32,000 nt of DNA from Nitratidesulfovibrio vulgaris str. Hildenborough (GTDB lineage Bacteria; Desulfobacterota; Desulfovibrionia; Desulfovibrionales; Desulfovibrionaceae): contig NC_002937.3 in the NCBI RefSeq assembly GCF_000195755.1, positions 900,001-932,000 on the forward strand, read 5' to 3'. Within the stretch, counting starts at the first letter, position 1, and each line of letters begins with the position of its first letter. Below, one piece after another: positions 19,099-27,438 of the stretch. A program made the translations under genes and the position numbers. Under the pieces are notes generated by a model, which did no database searches, was not told where the DNA came from, and saw only the letters and a program-made list of their open reading frames with translations.

Positions 19099-20871
19099 CT
19101 AATCGTCCGTGTCGAGCATGGACGAGAAAAAGGTGAGTTCCTCTGGGAACCTGTTGTAGATGGTCTCCTTGACCATGCGGTTGATGGTCGAGACCGTGGT
19201 GGCGTTGAGCACATCACGGGTGAGCGTCTTGCACTCCTCCATGTTGGTCTTGCGGATGATGTGCTTGATGCCGGGCACCGCCTGCGGTGCGATGGAGATG
19301 GAATCTATCTGCATCCCCATGAGTATGGGCAGGCAGAACGGGTCGGAGGCGACCTCGCCGCAGACGCTGACGGAGATGCCCGCACGGTGGGCCGAGTCCA
19401 CGACCAGCTTGATGGAGCGGACGATGGCGGGGTGCAGCGGCTGATAAAGGTACGAGACGTGGCGGTTGCCGCGGTCGATGCCGAGCGAATACTGGATGAG
19501 GTCGTTGGTGCCGATGCTGAAGAAGTCGACCTCGTGCGCCAGCGCATCTGCGATGAGCACGGCCGAGGGCAACTCGACCATGATGCCCACCGGCATGTCG
19601 GGTGCGTGCGGTATGCCCTCGGCGTCGAGTTCCTGCCGCACCTCCTGAAGGATGTGCCGTGCCTGTCGCAGTTCCTGAATGCCCGAGATCATGGGGAAAA
19701 GCAGGGCGACGTTGCCATGGACGCTGGCCCGCAGGATGGCACGCAACTGCGTGCGGAAGACATCCTGATGCCGCAGGCAGAAACGAATGGCCCGCAATCC
19801 CAGTGCAGGATTGGGTTCCTCCATGCGTACCTGTTCGCGCAGCATCTTGTCCGCGCCCACATCCAGCGTGCGGAAGACGACCTGCCGCGGAGACATGAGC
19901 GCGGCCACCTGTGAGTACTCGTCGCAGAGGTCCTGTTCCGAGGGCGGCTGCCTGCGCGCCAGAAAGGCGTATTCGGTACGGTACAGCCCCACGCCGTCGG
20001 CCCCGCTGTCGAGCACCTGCGGCACTTCCTCCAGCAGTTCGATGTTCGACTGCACCTCGATGCGGTAGCCGTCGAGTGTCTCGGCGGGCAGTGTGGACTG
20101 CCTGCGGATGCTGCGCTGGTAGCTTTCGAACTGATACTTCAGTTCGGTGTATTCCGCGAGTTCGTGCTCGTCGGGGTCGATGAGGATGCGGCCGCGCAGG
20201 GCGTCGATGATGACGAGGTCGCCGTCGGCGGTGGCCTCTTCAAGGCCGGAGACGCCCACGACGGCGGGAATCTGGAGGCTGCGGGCGAGAATGCCCGTGT
20301 GCGAGGTCTTGCCCCCTTCCGCCGTGGCAAAGGACATGATGCGCGACACCTGCAATTCGATGGTGTCGGCGGGGGTGAGGTCGTGTGCCAGCAGCACCAT
20401 GCGCTCGCCCGTGCTCTTGAGTTCACGGGCGTTGCCAGCAAGACGCGAAAGAATGCGTTCTGCCACGGCGCGCACATCCTGCACGCGTTCGCGGATATAC
20501 GGGTCGTCGATGGCGCGAAAGGCCTGGGCGATGGCGTCGACAGCCTGCTCAAGCGCCCATGGCGCGGAGATGTTCTGTTCGCGGATGCGCCGTGCCGCAT
20601 CGCCCATGAGCTTGGGGTCGCGGCATATCATGCGGTGCGAGTCGATGATGGCGGCATGGTCGCGCAGGTCGGCGGGCACTTGCGCGCGTGCACGGTCGAG
20701 GTCGGAAGCGACCTGTGCCGCAGCCTCGTCAAGACGCGCCACCTCGGATTCCGCAGCCCCGGGCTGGATGATGTCATGCGCGGCACTCTGGCGGCTGCGG
20801 TCCATGAAGAACGCCTTGCCGATGGAGATGCCGGAAGAGACGGCTATGCCGTAGAGGATGCCCCGGGCCAC
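19099..20871 (-). CDS. ptsI: Phosphoenolpyruvate-protein phosphotransferase (PTS Enzyme I)
   Basis: 590 aa. It has N-terminal [14 protein letters not shown], a phospho-His region [21 protein letters not shown], and a PEP-utilizer TIM barrel ([21 protein letters not shown]). I chose the GTG at 20869-20871, 10 nt after the HPr stop. The track start at 21042 would overlap HPr. Confidence 0.9.
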   Translation of the reverse strand: MARGILYGIAVSSGISIGKAFFMDRSRQSAAHDIIQPGAAESEVARLDEAAAQVASDLDRARAQVPADLRDHAAIIDSHRMICRDPKLMGDAARRIREQNISAPWALEQAVDAIAQAFRAIDDPYIRERVQDVRAVAERILSRLAGNARELKSTGERMVLLAHDLTPADTIELQVSRIMSFATAEGGKTSHTGILARSLQIPAVVGVSGLEEATADGDLVIIDALRGRILIDPDEHELAEYTELKYQFESYQRSIRRQSTLPAETLDGYRIEVQSNIELLEEVPQVLDSGADGVGLYRTEYAFLARRQPPSEQDLCDEYSQVAALMSPRQVVFRTLDVGADKMLREQVRMEEPNPALGLRAIRFCLRHQDVFRTQLRAILRASVHGNVALLFPMISGIQELRQARHILQEVRQELDAEGIPHAPDMPVGIMVELPSAVLIADALAHEVDFFSIGTNDLIQYSLGIDRGNRHVSYLYQPLHPAIVRSIKLVVDSAHRAGISVSVCGEVASDPFCLPILMGMQIDSISIAPQAVPGIKHIIRKTNMEECKTLTRDVLNATTVSTINRMVKETIYNRFPEELTFFSSMLDTDD

Positions 20872-20881
20872 GTCGCAGAAC

Positions 20882-21175
20882 CTATTCCCTGAAACGGTTG
20901 TTGAAGAGCGCGGCGATGTGTTCCACGGCCGCATGTGCGTCGTCGCCCGATGCCCGCACGACGATGCGTGTTCCCTTGGCGGCGGCAAGCGAGAGTATAT
21001 CAAGGATGCTCTTGGCGTCCACCTCGGCCTCGTCCACGACAAGGCTCATGCGGGCGGCGAAGCGCTGTGCCTCCTGCGCAAGGCGTGCTGCGGGGCGTGC
21101 ATGCAGCCCCTGTTCGTTGAGCACGTCGACGGCGACCTGCACGCCTTCGGGGGTTTCCTCTATCGTTTCGAGCAC
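20882..21175 (-). CDS. ptsH: Phosphocarrier protein HPr (or NPr-like)
   Basis: 97 aa with the active-site motif GLHARPA. The start is GTG at 21173-21175 with a GAGG SD. An internal GTG 11 codons downstream would give the more usual His14-15 spacing, so the start is uncertain. Confidence 0.82.
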   Translation of the reverse strand: MLETIEETPEGVQVAVDVLNEQGLHARPAARLAQEAQRFAARMSLVVDEAEVDAKSILDILSLAAAKGTRIVVRASGDDAHAAVEHIAALFNNRFRE

Positions 21176-21202
21176 GGGCGTACCTCGGTTATTCGTGGTT
21201 GC

Positions 21203-21961
21203 CTAGAACGACGGGACGAGCAACATCCAGTCGCTGGCCCACGGCAGCGCGTAGGCCCCGGCAAGGGCGCAGGCTGCCAGAAAGATGCGTGAAATGTGAA
21301 AGCGTCCCACCATGAGCGCCGCCACCGAGAGCATGATGCACGCGATGCCCCACGGCAGCCCGTGCGCGGGGTGCGGCCACACGCGCCATAATAGCACCAC
21401 AAGCAACAGTCCGTTGCACATCTTGATGCGGTCGCCCCAATTTATAAGGTCCCACTGCTTGAGTCGCTGGAGAACCTTGAGCCCTTCGCGCAGCCCAGCG
21501 ATGAAGGTGAGGGCCTTGAATGCCTGCAAGCCGAGAAAGAGCGACAACGTGAAAAGGGCCGCAGCCATCTCGTGACCGGAGACCACCAGCGTGCAGCTGA
21601 CCAGCGACCAGAAGACCAGCAGGCTGCCGCCGAACACGGAATCGCCGATGGCCGAGAGCGTATAGACGGTGGTGTCCTTCACCGACGCCAGCAATTCCGG
21701 GGGAAAGGTCTTGCGCGCGATGTTGCCTTCCAGCGACAGGAATACGCCCACCAGCAGCGGGGTCCAGAAGGGATGCGTGTTGAAGTGGCGCAGGTAGCGC
21801 TTGCGGGCGTCACGGCAGGCCCTCGGGTCCTGATGGATGGCACGCAATCCCGGTTCGAGGGCATAGACGATGCCGATGTTCTGAAGCCCGCGCGTGTTGA
21901 ATGACGCCCCGATGAGATAGGTGCGCAGCAGGCATATGAGCAGGGTGCGGGCGTCTGGCAT
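21203..21961 (-). CDS. PTS mannose/fructose/sorbose-family IID membrane component
   Basis: 252 aa. By-eye alignment to E. coli ManZ, as recalled: RHFNTHPFWTPLLVGVFLSLE versus EFFNTHPYVAAPILGVTLALE, and LSAIGDSVFGGSL versus LAGVGDPIFWGTV. ATG at 21959-21961. The track start at 22174 is an Arg/Pro-rich upstream extension. Confidence 0.75.
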   Translation of the reverse strand: MPDARTLLICLLRTYLIGASFNTRGLQNIGIVYALEPGLRAIHQDPRACRDARKRYLRHFNTHPFWTPLLVGVFLSLEGNIARKTFPPELLASVKDTTVYTLSAIGDSVFGGSLLVFWSLVSCTLVVSGHEMAAALFTLSLFLGLQAFKALTFIAGLREGLKVLQRLKQWDLINWGDRIKMCNGLLLVVLLWRVWPHPAHGLPWGIACIMLSVAALMVGRFHISRIFLAACALAGAYALPWASDWMLLVPSF

Positions 21962-22376
21962 GGCATTGCTGGCGTCGGCTGCGTGACGCGCTTGGTTCGG
22001 GTGTGGCGGGGGAGTCTTCCGCCGCTGCCGTTGTCTCCGGACTTGTGTCTTCGCCGCGAGTGCCGCGGGACAGGCTGAAGCCCCGGCTGCATGTCGCGTC
22101 GTGCCTGTACTTCGGGGGCACTGCCGACGGTAGAGGGGGAACGACGCTGCCATCCTGCGGCCACCGGTCTGCACTGGTGTCAGCTGTGGGGCATGGGGAA
22201 GTGCCCCCTGTTCACGTGTACACGCGTCTGCGGGCCTGCCGTCAAGCCCGCTCCAATCTTCCGTGGATGCGCCGTATACGCAACCGCATCGCTATCCTTT
22301 GCACATCGCAAGAGGTATGGCGGTCTGCCACCATGGATGCACATGCCGCCCTGATGGGCGATTGTGGCGCGTCAGC

Positions 22377-23204
22377 TCACTCCTGCATCAGCTGGTAGAC
22401 GTCCTTCACAGACCAGCCCCGTACGCGTAGCTGTACGCGCTTTGCCACATCCTTGGTTCTGCCGCCGTCCGCGCGTTCCTCTTCGATGATGGCGAGCACT
22501 TGCTCACGCGGGGATACGCTGGCCTCCTCGGGCGGGCCGATCACCACCGTGATCTCGCCGAGAAGGTCGTCAGGTATGGCCGTGTGACACTCTAACCGTC
22601 CGTAGATAAACTCCTCATGGGTCTTGGTCAATTCCCGCGCGACGCACAACTCGCGGTGGCCGAGCACGCCATGGGCCACGGCGAGCGTCTCTGCGAGCCT
22701 GTCCTTGCGCTCGAAGAAGACCAGCGTGGTGGCAACGGTGGTGAAGGGGGCGAAGAACTTCTCCTGTTCGCTGGCCTTGCGGGGAGGGAAGCCGAGAAAC
22801 GTGAACGGCAACGGGGCGATGCCGCTGGCGGCAAGGGCCGTGAGCGGTGCCGACGGCCCGGGAACCACCGAAATGTGTACGCCTGCGTCCCGGCAGGCAC
22901 GGACGAGACGGTAGCCGGGGTCGGCGAAGAGCGGCATGCCCGCGTCCGAAACAAGCGCCGCCGTCGTGCCCGACTGGAGCATCGTCAGCAATTCGGGGAT
23001 GCGTCCGTCTTCATTATGGTCGTGAAAGCTGATGAAGCGACGGGCCGTCACCCCGCACTTCTGGAAGAGCAGCCCTGTGCGACGCGTATCCTCGGCAAGG
23101 ACGACATCCACTGCCGCAAGGACTTCGCGTGCGCGGGGCGACAGGTCACCAGGGTTGCCAAGAGGTGTCGCCACCACCCAGAGTTTCGGTGAGGTCGAAG
23201 GCAT
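22377..23204 (-). CDS. rsmI: 16S rRNA (cytidine1402-2'-O)-methyltransferase RsmI
   Basis: 275 aa. It has N-terminal [22 protein letters not shown], a tetrapyrrole-methylase fold, and ELTKTHEE near the C-terminus. ATG at 23202-23204. Confidence 0.88.
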   Translation of the reverse strand: MPSTSPKLWVVATPLGNPGDLSPRAREVLAAVDVVLAEDTRRTGLLFQKCGVTARRFISFHDHNEDGRIPELLTMLQSGTTAALVSDAGMPLFADPGYRLVRACRDAGVHISVVPGPSAPLTALAASGIAPLPFTFLGFPPRKASEQEKFFAPFTTVATTLVFFERKDRLAETLAVAHGVLGHRELCVARELTKTHEEFIYGRLECHTAIPDDLLGEITVVIGPPEEASVSPREQVLAIIEEERADGGRTKDVAKRVQLRVRGWSVKDVYQLMQE

Positions 23205-23550
23205 CGGTGATATGCTCCAGTGTGCAGGTTGCACCCCGCTGCGTGACGCACACGAGGTCGAAGCGGCAGGCCCTGTCCCATGCATCGGCGGCTGCCAGCC
23301 ATGCGCGGGCCGCCCTGATGAGCCGGTGTCGCTTCTGGTGCGTCAGGGCGTCGGTCGGTGATGTCAGGCCATGGGCGGCACGGGTCTTCACTTCAACGAA
23401 GACGATGGTGTCGCCTGTTTCGCAGATGATATCGAGTTCGAGTCCGCCGTGACGCCAGTTGCGGGCGATGATGCGGTGCCCGGTGCGCTGGAGAAGGGCC
23501 GCGGCTTCGTCCTCGCCGTGTTGTCCGGTGGCATGGCGGGCGTCTACCAT
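23146..23550 (-). CDS. yraN: YraN-family (UPF0102) endonuclease-like protein
   Basis: 134 aa. It has the G.HGEDEAA.LL...G..IIARNWR....ELDII......IVFVEVKTR pattern. ATG at 23548-23550 overlaps the rnhB stop (ATGGTAG). Confidence 0.8.
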   Translation of the reverse strand: MVDARHATGQHGEDEAAALLQRTGHRIIARNWRHGGLELDIICETGDTIVFVEVKTRAAHGLTSPTDALTHQKRHRLIRAARAWLAAADAWDRACRFDLVCVTQRGATCTLEHITDAFDLTETLGGGDTSWQPW

Positions 23551-24206
23551 AGCGTAAGCTGTTCCTCGGCTGCGGGGTTGGGCCGCACACCCCGGAAAGT
23601 GAGCCGATGCTGCGCACATGGGCCATGCGCCGCGATGGCCGCAAGGTGCTCGGCCGTACCGTAGCCCTTGTGCTTTGCGAAGCCGTAGCCGTGGTAACGG
23701 CGGTCGAGCGTGTCCATGAGGCGGTCGCGAAATGTCTTGGCAAGGATGGACGCCGCAGAAATGGCGGGTATGCAGCCGTCGCCGCCGATGATGGCCCGCT
23801 GTGTAGGCAGGTGTCCGTCGCACGATAACGAGGTGAGCACATGGGGCGGCAGCGTCTTGTCGCCGTCGATGAGAATGGCCGGGGGGGGCTGGCGCAAGAC
23901 GCGCACCGCACGCGCCATGGCACGGAAGGTCGCCTGCAGGATGTTGATGCGGTCGATGTCTCGCGGCCAGACAACGCCGATGCCCCATGTCACGGCACAT
24001 GAGCGGATGCCCTCTGCGAGGGATTCGCGCCGTGCCGCCGTGAGCTTCTTGGAGTCGGTGAGTCCCGGCAGGGCATACTCCTGCGGGAGAATGACCGCGG
24101 CAGCCACGACGGGGCCTGCAAGGCAGCCGCGTCCGGCTTCGTCGATGCCGGCGAACACAGGTGGCAGGTCGGCAACAGGTGCAAGGCGTTGGGGGCGCGG
24201 GGGCAT
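23544..24206 (-). CDS. rnhB: Ribonuclease HII
   Basis: 220 aa. It has the catalytic motif [20 protein letters not shown] and downstream DSKKL. ATG at 24204-24206 has a GGAAGG SD. The track start at 24314 is an extension. Confidence 0.9.
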   Translation of the reverse strand: MPPRPQRLAPVADLPPVFAGIDEAGRGCLAGPVVAAAVILPQEYALPGLTDSKKLTAARRESLAEGIRSCAVTWGIGVVWPRDIDRINILQATFRAMARAVRVLRQPPPAILIDGDKTLPPHVLTSLSCDGHLPTQRAIIGGDGCIPAISAASILAKTFRDRLMDTLDRRYHGYGFAKHKGYGTAEHLAAIAAHGPCAQHRLTFRGVRPNPAAEEQLTLW

Positions 24207-24509
24207 GGCAACCTTCCGTGGCGGATGTCCGGGTGGAGTGGGGAGTGTCAGTGCCAGCAATGCGTCCTGTGCGTCCTGTCCGTCAATGGGCGTACGGTGC
24301 TGCAACATCCGCAAGGCGCTGGGCGCGTCGCGGGCGATGGGAATGGCATGGCCCGCAGGGACGCACCGCTGTCGGGGGCGGTACCGTACGCGCCACTCTG
24401 CAAAAGCATCCCGCCGAAGTCAGAAGGCATGCACAGGCCACTGGACAGCACGGGGCTGCACATTGGACCGCAGTCATCCAACCACGCCGTAGCGTGGTGA
24501 GTCCACAAC

Positions 24510-24538
24510 AAAAAAGGGGGGCAAGGCCCCCCTTTTTC
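24510..24538 (-). terminator. Rho-independent terminator after rplS (A/T runs on both sides, potentially bidirectional)
   Basis: A stem GGGGGGC / GCCCCCC (24516-24532) with a 3-nt loop is flanked by AAAAAA (24510-24515) and TTTTT (24533-24537). It lies 19 nt downstream of the rplS stop. Confidence 0.8.
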
Positions 24539-24556
24539 GCGAACAAGACGACCGTA

Positions 24557-24904
24557 TTAGAAACGGTTCTTCGGCTTGATGCGGGCAGCCTTACCGCGCA
24601 GGTCGCGCAGGTAGTAGAGGCGGCTGCGGCGCACGCGGCCTTCGGTGATGAGTTCGACGCGGTCGATGAAGGGCGAGTGCAGGGGGAAGACACGCTCGAC
24701 ACCCACGCCGTCGGAGACCTTGCGGACGGTGAACGTGCCGCCGGTGGTGCCGCGGTGGATGCGGATGACGTTACCCTGGAACATCTGGATGCGTTCCTTT
24801 TCGCCTTCGACGATGCGCAGGTGCACCTTCACGGTGTCGCCGGACCGGAACTTGGGCAGGTCCATGCGCAGGTGTTCGAGTTCGATCTTCTTCATGATAT
24901 CCAT
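24557..24904 (-). CDS. rplS: 50S ribosomal protein L19
   Basis: 115 aa. [26 protein letters not shown].....G...TFTVRK is the canonical L19 pattern. Confidence 0.96.
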   Translation of the reverse strand: MDIMKKIELEHLRMDLPKFRSGDTVKVHLRIVEGEKERIQMFQGNVIRIHRGTTGGTFTVRKVSDGVGVERVFPLHSPFIDRVELITEGRVRRSRLYYLRDLRGKAARIKPKNRF

Positions 24905-24957
24905 GATCGTGTCCCCCTTGGACCGGAGTTTTGCTTCGCGAAATTCTTCGGCCTACG

Positions 24958-26235
24958 CTAATAGCAGTCGCCGAGAAGTCTGTCCATGATGATGGCTGCC
25001 GCGGCCCTCACCGAAAGGTGATTGTAGCCGTCCATCCACCTGAGAGGCCGCAGGATGGCATCACATCCTTCAAGCACCTCTGGTGCCAGCCCGTGCCCCG
25101 TGCCGAAGACGAGCAGCACGGGCCTTTCTTCGAGCATCGCCCGAACCGATGCGGGAGTGGCATTGCCTGCTCCCTTTGCACTGGTCCCGACTACGTAGGG
25201 AACCTGTCCCGTACGTCGTGCGATATCCTCTATGGCCGCGCGCACATCATCCACACCTTTGATCCTTCCCAGCGCTTCCGCCCTGTCGGGGTTGCTGCGT
25301 GAACCGGGCCCGAGGGTCCAGTGCCGTAGCAGGGTGTCGAGAAGACGGCGCTGGTCTTCGAGTGGCGTTGTCACATAGAAGCCACCCAGACCATACGTGC
25401 ATGAACTGCGGCCTATATCGTGAATATCGAGGTTTGTCAAAGATGTTGCGCCAGAATTTTTCTCTTTGAGAACAACAGGATAGTGCACGAGAGCGCAATA
25501 GAGGTTACGTCCCGGACGGTTGCGTGACAGGCCTCGCAAAAAGTCCATGTCGGCTTCGTCGAGTTGTGCTTCAGGAAGAATATCGGGACGTTGAGACAGA
25601 GTAAGGCGCAGGGAACACTCCTTGCGCCATGCGGCGATACGTCCATGGTCGCCCGAGCGGAGCACTTCTGGCACAACATGCCCCGCATAGTCTTCGGGGC
25701 GGGTGTAGTGAGGGTATTCGAGCAGTCCGGCGGAGAAACTCTCCTCCGTTCCCGACTCCTCCTTGCCCATGAAGCCCGGTACGAGACGGGAGACGGCTTC
25801 AAGCACCGCGAGGGCCGCCGTCTCGCCGCCGTTGAGGACGAAATCGCCCATGGAGACGGCTTCGATGGGGTAGATTTCCTCAAGGCGTGCGTCGAAGCCC
25901 TCGTACCGACCACAGAGGATGGTCAGCGATTCCTCCTGCGCAAGCTCTCGCGCCATGGCTTGCGTGAAGGGGCGTCCCTTGGGGGCCATCATCAGGATGC
26001 GACCGGGTTCTTCAATCCCTTGCAACGCCTTTTCCCAGGGTTCGACGCGCATGACCATGCCGGGACCACCGCCATAGGGGCGGTCGTCGACGGTGCTGTG
26101 ACGGTCGGTGGTATAGGCGCGCGGGTTCACGAGCGCAACGTCGATGAGGCCGGATTCGCGGGCCTTGCCCATGAGACCGGCATCGAGCGGCGAGTCGAAG
26201 AACTCCGGAAAGAGCGTGAGAATGGTGCAGCGCAT
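24958..26235 (-). CDS. trmD: tRNA (guanine37-N1)-methyltransferase TrmD fused to a C-terminal second SPOUT-like RNA methyltransferase domain
   Basis: 425 aa. Residues 1-245 are canonical TrmD (LTLFPEFF, DDRPYGGGPGMVM, CGRYEGFD, SMGDFVLNGGE). Residues ~250-425 (plus ~24961-25488) resemble the TM1570-type knotted methyltransferase domain, as I recall it (LVFGTGHGL, NHLSVRAAAAI). Confidence 0.9.
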   Translation of the reverse strand: MRCTILTLFPEFFDSPLDAGLMGKARESGLIDVALVNPRAYTTDRHSTVDDRPYGGGPGMVMRVEPWEKALQGIEEPGRILMMAPKGRPFTQAMARELAQEESLTILCGRYEGFDARLEEIYPIEAVSMGDFVLNGGETAALAVLEAVSRLVPGFMGKEESGTEESFSAGLLEYPHYTRPEDYAGHVVPEVLRSGDHGRIAAWRKECSLRLTLSQRPDILPEAQLDEADMDFLRGLSRNRPGRNLYCALVHYPVVLKEKNSGATSLTNLDIHDIGRSSCTYGLGGFYVTTPLEDQRRLLDTLLRHWTLGPGSRSNPDRAEALGRIKGVDDVRAAIEDIARRTGQVPYVVGTSAKGAGNATPASVRAMLEERPVLLVFGTGHGLAPEVLEGCDAILRPLRWMDGYNHLSVRAAAAIIMDRLLGDCY

Positions 26236-26249
26236 GAGCAGACCGAGGG

Positions 26250-26780
26250 TCAGTCAGACAGGTAGATGTCGAGCAGTCCCGGAGGAGGTGCTATGCGCGC
26301 CGTGCGGGAGTCGAGGTCGATGTCCAGCACGAAGGGGGCGGCAGCGGGGAAGAGCACTTCCTTGCCCTGTGGCGTGCGGATGACCCAGATTTCCTGATAG
26401 GCGTCAGTGTCTATGCGTTCGATGACGCCGAGGTGTTCGCCCGACTCGTCGATGACGACGGAGATGCCTTCGAGTTCGAAAAGATACACCTCGTCCTCAT
26501 CAAGTTCAGGGAGGGTGTCTTCAGGAACAAGCATGACATGACCGCGAAGCAACTCTGCTGCCGTGCGGTCGTTGACGCCTTCGAATATGACGAGTGGCCT
26601 GCCCTTGTGCATCCGCATGGACTGCACCTTGACAGGGCGCGGCGCAGCACGCCCGGCCTTGAGGTAGACCGTGCCTTCCAAGAGAAAAGGGGAGTCTGCG
26701 TAATAGTCGACGCAGACTTCCCCCTTCAGTCCGTGGGGTCTCGTCAGAAGACCGATTTCAATGAAGCGACTGGCTTCCAT
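26250..26780 (-). CDS. rimM: 16S rRNA processing protein RimM
   Basis: 176 aa. It has N-terminal IGLLTRPHGLKGEV and a PRC-barrel C-terminus, in the standard position between the KH gene and trmD. Confidence 0.9.
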   Translation of the reverse strand: MEASRFIEIGLLTRPHGLKGEVCVDYYADSPFLLEGTVYLKAGRAAPRPVKVQSMRMHKGRPLVIFEGVNDRTAAELLRGHVMLVPEDTLPELDEDEVYLFELEGISVVIDESGEHLGVIERIDTDAYQEIWVIRTPQGKEVLFPAAAPFVLDIDLDSRTARIAPPPGLLDIYLSD

Positions 26781-26803
26781 CTGCCCCTGCTGTCGTGGTC
26801 ACG

Positions 26804-27037
26804 CTACTCGAGGATTTCGAGAACCGACCGTTTTCTGGCTTTCGTGGAGGCGGCGCTGAGGATGGTGCGCATGGCACGCGCGGTGCGTCCCTGCTTGCCG
26901 ATGACCTTGCCGAGGTCTTCCTTGGCTACCTTGAGTTCGAGCACGGACGTCTGTTCGCCCTCGACTTCAGTGACCTGCACGTCTTCGGGTTTGTCCACCA
27001 GCGACTTTGCGATGTACTCGACGAGTTCCTTCAGCAT
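26804..27037 (-). CDS. KH-domain RNA-binding protein (UPF0109/YlqC family)
   Basis: 77 aa with the KH GXXG motif [19 protein letters not shown] has a GGAGG SD. It sits between rpsP and rimM, as in many bacteria. Confidence 0.87.
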   Translation of the reverse strand: MLKELVEYIAKSLVDKPEDVQVTEVEGEQTSVLELKVAKEDLGKVIGKQGRTARAMRTILSAASTKARKRSVLEILE

Positions 27038-27120
27038 GGCTCACCTCCACAGGTTCTTCCGCAGGATTAGGATTCTGGCGAGGTGCCGCCGCGACTGTCC
27101 ACCGGACTCGCCGGCACCGG

Positions 27121-27360
27121 CTAGGCCTGCTGCTTCTTGATCAGGTTACGCACGGTGTCGGTGGGTTCGGCGCCAAGGGCCAGCCACTTCTGCACCTTTT
27201 CGGCGTCGATCTTCACTTCGGCAGGGTCAACCATGGGGTTGTAGAACCCGATGTACTCCAGCGGACGACCATCGCGGCGGGTTTCGCTGTTGACGGCGAC
27301 GATCCGGTAGAAAGCACGCTTCTTGTTGCCCATGCGGGTCAGTCTGAGCTTAACGGCCAT
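27121..27360 (-). CDS. rpsP: 30S ribosomal protein S16
   Basis: 79 aa. It starts [22 protein letters not shown], a canonical S16 N-terminus. Confidence 0.96.
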
Positions 27361-27374
27361 GTTCGTAGTCTCCC

Positions 27375-27380
27375 ATTATA
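27375..27380 (-). promoter_or_regulatory. Perfect TATAAT hexamer upstream of rpsP (possible -10; no convincing -35)
   Basis: Minus-strand TATAAT lies immediately 5' of the GGGAGA SD and downstream of the ffh terminator. It is very close to the SD, so its function as a promoter is uncertain. Confidence 0.25.
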
Positions 27381-27403
27381 TTTTGCTATACTACGGTATG
27401 CGG

Positions 27404-27430
27404 AAAAAGGGCAAGGGGGTCACCTTACCC
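27404..27430 (-). terminator. Rho-independent terminator after ffh
   Basis: Minus-strand RNA GGGUAAGG-UGACCC-CCUUGCCC (8 bp including one U-G pair) is followed by UUUUUCC. It begins 8 nt after the ffh stop. Confidence 0.7.
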
Positions 27431-27438
27431 GCCTTTTG

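Noticed and set aside
22215-22224. Perfect 10-bp palindrome CGTGTACACG in the long rsmI/PTS spacer.
   Set aside because: On simple odds, about 30 perfect 10-bp palindromes are expected in 32 kb. There is no second copy and no flanking conservation that I can see.
24262-24285. Short tandem GCGTCCTGT x2 (plus a partial copy) and a nearby 6-bp hairpin CCACGC-CGTA-GCGTGG (24482-24497) in the rnhB upstream region.
   Set aside because: Too short and too few copies to distinguish from chance. No associated ORF or recognisable RNA motif.
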